Source: an uncultured archaeon (lineage in GTDB: Archaea > Aenigmatarchaeota > Aenigmatarchaeia > QMZP01 > QMZT01). From it: 63,018 bases of DNA. The translations under genes were made by a program, and so were the position numbers. Positions 48,701 through 54,700 of this stretch are shown in pieces. The stretch's first letter is position 1. Each line of letters opens with the position of its first letter. The DNA lies in assembly GCA_964347025.1 (NCBI GenBank), contig CAYFWU010000003.1:8834-71851 (forward strand), written 5' to 3'. The notes beneath the pieces are model-generated. The model was given only the letters and a program-made list of their open reading frames with translations, was not told where the DNA came from and did no database searches.

Positions 48701-51700
48701 CCAGTCATGCGGAGACGCGCAGTAATCAGAATCCTCCGCATTGAGCAGGCTGTCACCCTGATCCAAATCAATTCTCCATGCGACTCCTTCACCGTTGTTG
48801 GGAACGATTCCTGAAGGATAGTTCACGGTATAAAGAGTAGTACTGTCGTTAAGCCAGATAGTGGCGTTCTGTCTGCATTGTCCTAATGTTTTTTCGTTGT
48901 TGTTACCAACATCGTAGAGAAGTGCCCAGTACAGCTCGAACTCATGAGGTTGGATTATGGTGGTGTTTTCGCTCCCTCCGGCCGGGGTCCCCCAGTTAAG
49001 CTGATACCAGTATTGGTTGTCCGTGTTAACTGTAGGGGACGTAAATTTCTCGTAGTAGGCGTCAACGGTAGGCGTATCCAGCAAATCTGTATCCTCTGCG
49101 GGATAATGCCACATATACCTCACGCCGGTGACGTTAATCGGTTTATCCCCCCAGTTATAAACGATCACATGTTTGTATTCCCCTGTGGGGCAGTTTGTAT
49201 TCCTTTCGCCCTCCCTTGAATGGGACTCGACAAAGGCCTTTGTTTCATCAGGATGGTAGCGGGTTCCGAGAACGATGTCGTCCTTTTCCAGGTCAAGCCT
49301 GCCATCTACAGCAGGTCCGGGATACACCGTACTCTCGGCTTTGCCGTCTGCTGTCTGCGAAGCGTTTACCCTAAAATACCATAGGTTATAACTGTCGTAT
49401 TCTGTTGATGAGAATTCACGATAGAATTCCACTTTTTCATTGCTGGGTGTTCCTATAGCTCTACATTCTCTGATTTCCCAATTCCCTCCGCTGTATTTTT
49501 CCTGAAGACATATGGTGACATCCGCGGTATGGGTAACGTATGTTCTAACCGTGAAATTCTCTCCCCAGCCACCCTTTCCGGTAGAGCCGTCATTTGGTAT
49601 AATGATTGAATTATTGAGGATCACCGGCGGTGTTACGGAAAGATAATCCTCTTCTGTCACCTCATCATCCAAATAACATGTCTTGTTTGAGTACATGGTC
49701 ACGTTGTAATTCCCGCCTACTTTGCCAGCCGAATCCCAATCGCAGGTGTATGAGCCATTGCCAAGATCAGTGGTGCTGTTACACCAGTAGATATTAATGC
49801 CGTTTTCATTGGTAAGTTTGAATTTAACAGTCGCTCCTGCGATGAAATTGAAACAATCGTCTACCACATTACCTGTCAGGTTTGCGTATCTTTCTTCTGT
49901 CTCAGAATAATCACCACTGCCACCCGTTATTTCGTTGGCCAAATCGTCCACCATCTTAACGACAAACTCGTCGGACTGATTGGGTTTATAGCAGGTTCCT
50001 CCCGTTGTGTTTACCTTCCATTTATGCTCACAGCTGGTCACGTTGACCTGATAATTGCAGTCTGGGGTGAAGGTGTAATTCCAAAATCCGTCATCTGAGT
50101 CGGTTGTAGTTTCCAGAATGTAGTCACCATCTGCCTTCACATAAAACCTTCCTGATGTCGTTGTTATTGATGACTGATTGTCTGTGTCATTCCCATAAGT
50201 GGACAGGGCTGTTGAGTTATACTGGCTTAGTGGATAGGTAAAATTCCTTAAATTCAATACCGTATTGTTCCCGACTGCATGCTGGATTATGATGCTATCT
50301 CCCTCCAAATTAAAAGATTCTATTGTCGTTTCGCTTTTAGTCCCAACACTGTCAGTTGCGTTGAATTTATACTGAATGGTTCCGACCTCGCTGCAGGTGT
50401 ATTGCCTTGTCCAATTAAATTCCGTTTTATTGCAGGTTGTGCAATTGTAGTTTGTAGGCGATATCTCTGTCCATTCTCCACTACTCACCTTCTCCCAGAA
50501 GTGAATATAAACAGTATCATTCGTAACATCGGTTACGTTTACAAAGAAGGTAAACGATTGAGCTCCCCAACTTCCTGACGCCGGTTCAACCTTATAATCT
50601 TCAAGTACTGGCGGATTTTCCAAGAAGAAAGTGTCGGGTTCGTATTTGTAGGAGGTGACATTGTAATAGTACTGTTTCCTTGAGAAGACCGATACATTAT
50701 ACCAGCCTGCAGGGGCATCTGCAGAATTCCAGGTACACTCGTAAACGTTTGCTCCCAGCTTCGTTATAGACGTGCATGATGTGTTGAAGTTCCAAAAGTC
50801 GTTTGTTAAGTTAAACCATATGTCGCCTTGGTCAATTTCAATAGCCTCCTCGCAATAGTTTTCGACAATCGCCTGGAAAAATACCCCCTCCCCTGAAGTG
50901 TAGTTTACACTACCATCCGGCTTTTGTATAGTGTTGTTTAAAATTCCTGTCACGTTGAAGTCGTAATCCTCTGATTGCGCATCCGCACAAAGGTTCGGGT
51001 CTTGATTTGTTGTAATTATAACGTACCAGTTGTGCGGACCCACCTCATATTCCTCGTCAATAGTAGGTGTGCTAGCGTTGTCGCATGTTGCAGTGAAGTT
51101 ATACGTAACAATCCCGGAAGCATTGGTTGTCAGAGAATGACCGGAATCCCATGTCGCTCCCGATCCGGTTCCCACTTTCGTTATGTACATTGTAACGCTT
51201 TCTCCAGCTCCAACAGGACCCCCAGCTCCGTATTCTATCTTCACCCAGACATCTGTCCAGTTGATCTGGTCCAAAGCAGAATCATTCACGTAATCGAAAT
51301 TTATCCCGCGGATCCGGATGTCTCTGTTGCTTGTCTGCGTCCCGTTCCACCCGCCCATTATTGACTGATCTGTCGTGTTCAGGCTGTAGACACCTGCGCC
51401 AGAAACATTAACAGTGAAGTTGCCCACATGTATCCATGCAGAGCCGTTGTAGATTTCGAGTTGCAGGGTATTGTTGTTATTTCCCCTTGCCACAGAACCT
51501 GAATTGTTGTAATAGGAGACGTTAACGGTTACGTTGATTAAGGATATGTTGTCCAGTTCTTGGCTGGTCACATCCTGGTATGTAGTCCAGGAGGTTGTCG
51601 ATTCATTATCTCCACCCCCCTCACCTGTAACATTTATCTCATCGGTGAATATGTACTCGCCGTTGTAAGTGGCGTCCTGCCAAATCCTTATATAAACACT

Positions 51701-54700
51701 TGAATTATCCTCCACACAACTGTCTATTGCAGACAAATTGGTATTATAGGACTGACTGAACCCCGTGGCGGGATTAATGTCCACTACTTCAACCCACGTG
51801 GCTCCTTCATTGCAGGTAAATTCTAAAGAAAGTTGTTCATTGGGAGATTCATAAGTATCAGCACAATCACTGAAAACCCATGAGATATTTATGTTCGTGT
51901 ACCCTGTTGTATCCACGCTGTGATTTACACCAGTACAATATCCAGGATCACATTGGTGTCCACCAGCGCCCCCGTCACCTCCTACTGTCTGCATGTAATA
52001 AGTATCACTACACAGTGTAGTGCAGCCTGTGCTCACAATTGAGGCTATTTCGTCCGCACCCCTGTCAGTCCAGTTTATCCAGGCTGAAGCATCGTTGTTG
52101 TTTACCCCTGAACAGCTTCCGCAGCTAAAATCTCCGGATTCAAAACCATCATAGAATATAACGGTCCTTCCAGTACTTCCTTGCGCCTTTTTCTGGATTT
52201 CCCCGGTTTCCTGATCGTCCGTGGTCAGTGAATTGCTCTTGTATTTGACAAGGACGGAAAGCGTGAGGTTGGTTTTATCTGCAGACCTGTTCGTGTTTTC
52301 GTCATCACCCGAAATGACTTCATAGGTGTAGTTCAGATCAGGATTGCAGGGCAGGGACAGCTGAACAGGCACGAATGTTTTCCTGTCCATTGCGAGAGGT
52401 GCGCTGTACATGCTGTAGGGGCTTTTGGTGACCGTTAAGGTGAACTGGGAGAAGGTTTGATTACCTGTGTATTCGTATAAAGCGTAGGTAACAGCCTGCT
52501 GGGGGATGGTCCCGTCAGCTGACGTGTTGATTTCAAAGACCGTGTCGCCGTTGATATCGGTCAGCTTGACAGTCGCGTTCCCCACGGGATTCGCTCCGTA
52601 TTTGACCGTTACGTCAAGCGCGTACTTTCGGAAGAACGTCCCGTTGTCAGCGTACCAGTTAAAATTCCAGGTATCGGATATAATGTTAATGGTAGTTCCG
52701 TTTGAAGATCCTGCTGAAAACCCGTAGCCATCTTCTATATTTATTTTCTTCTCTGTTGTTTGGTTTATAGCGGATCCGTTGATGATCAGATCAACGTAAG
52801 ACGTATACGTCCCACAATCATCGCTCACTGTAAAGACATCTGTTAAATATTCTTCGCCCTTTGTATAGTTTACCTGTATTGCCTGCATGTAGTCGTATAT
52901 CTGGCTAACGTTCTTGGTTTCGTTAACAATTATCTCTCCGCTGTGGAAGTAAACCGGAGTGACGTTCGTTGTCTCGTAACCGTCAATAAAGAAGACAGAT
53001 CCATTGTCATAGTAGACTGTATAATCATCTTTATTCACGACTCCCAGCGGAGTAAGCGTGGTGGAATCCATGCCTTCCACGTTGAGTATTTGGAAGTGTT
53101 CTGACTGTGTTACAGGTGTTCCTAATAGCTGGATCATGTCATCCGTTCCCACATCACCAGCCTCGCTAAAGTTACTGAATTCATGTTGAGTTGGTGGGTT
53201 GTAAGTTATTCCTGTCTGGGCTTCTGCCTCTGATTGCGTGTAATTCGTACACCATGTACATGGATGGGCATACAAAACAGTGTCCAACGCTATCGGGCTT
53301 GTCAGCTCCATGAGCGCTTCGGAGAACTTGTATCCGTACTTCCTGTAGTAGAATTCATGTGGAGTGTAATTGGCCTGCGGCTGGCTGACGTCTGAAATTA
53401 TCTGCAGTCTTTTGAAACTAAGGATCTGTTCTGCTATTGTTCCGTTAGAGTACGAGGAGACGTTGAAAACAAGCCTGCCCTGAAGATCCCTCGCAGCGAC
53501 TGTTACACTCCCTAGGTCATTGTTTGCGGTATCCTTAATACCCAGGTTGAAAGAACTCTGTCTGAGTATGTAGTTGTCGCTGGCGCTACCACCACCGCAG
53601 CCGTTATAATCTATGTTACCTTCGTCAAAAGTCGAATCTATCGCTATGAGATAATGCCCTGTACCCATTCGAATGTCATCGGTGTTATCGTAACCTGAGT
53701 AACCTCTGACTGAACCATGCGCATAACATATCCTTATTCCAGCTTCTGCATCGTGGATGAGTAGGTTGGTGAACGGTTTCGGGGGCTCACCACTCATCTC
53801 CATTCCGTACCTTCCGTTGTAGAAAGCATAGTCATTCATGGTTGTATTTGCCGGAACGTAGAGTATGCCATAGCTTCCGCTCTTTGCGTATCGTTGGAAC
53901 GTAAACCTGTTTATTGTGACACTTGCGGTGCTATACCCACCGCCAGGCTCGTTGTCCATGGAGCCCGGAGAGCCTGCATCAATGTTGTTTCTAAGGGTGG
54001 TGTATATGATTTTGTAAGTGGTATCAAAGAACCGCAGTTCCCCACCATTATCAGCGTCATTGTAATCATCATATGCACACATGGCTGCCTGGTCGCAGAG
54101 CTCGGTAGCGACATTACTTTCTATGTAAGACCCCTGTTCTGGCTGGCCCGAAGCTGTTTCCTGGCCGAAAATCAGATGTCCGTTTTCCAAAACCTGCCAG
54201 TTGTAGTTCATCCTTATAATATCGTTCGTCGACTTGAGCCAGCTGACGGCGTCGGTGGCGTTACCAACTCTCAACAGTTCATCGAAAATGAAGTAGTTCC
54301 CATATTGAGTTACACCTCCGCTACACATGACCGCTACATCTTCTATGGTGTAAGGCGAGGCCTCCGTTCCCTCGGTAACCGTTATCGTTCCTCCAGTGGT
54401 GTTGGTGCCGCAAGTTATCGAGTGCCTGTGTTCCGGGTCGTACTCGAAGATTACTTCCTCCTTGGCAATTTTCATGTCTTTGATTTTTTTTAATAAATTT
54501 TTCCCATCGAATTTTTTGTCGGCGATGTAGGTATACGTTCCACCGTGGGTGAACAGGCTGTCTTTCATCTCGGTGTCGGAAGAGAGGTAGAAGACTGTTG
54601 GGAGATTGAATTCGTCCCTCTGCATGTTGAACCTGTCGAGCCTGACCCTGGACCCTTCCTCGGTATATATGTTGTTCATAACGCCTTGGTGGAACACCCT

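Noticed and set aside
21050-50600. A CRISPR array or other non-coding tandem repeat as the source of the ~1-kb periodicity.
   Set aside because: The periodic units are ~1 kb, diverged at DNA level, in frame and conserved only at protein-motif level. There are no short identical direct repeats with unique spacers.
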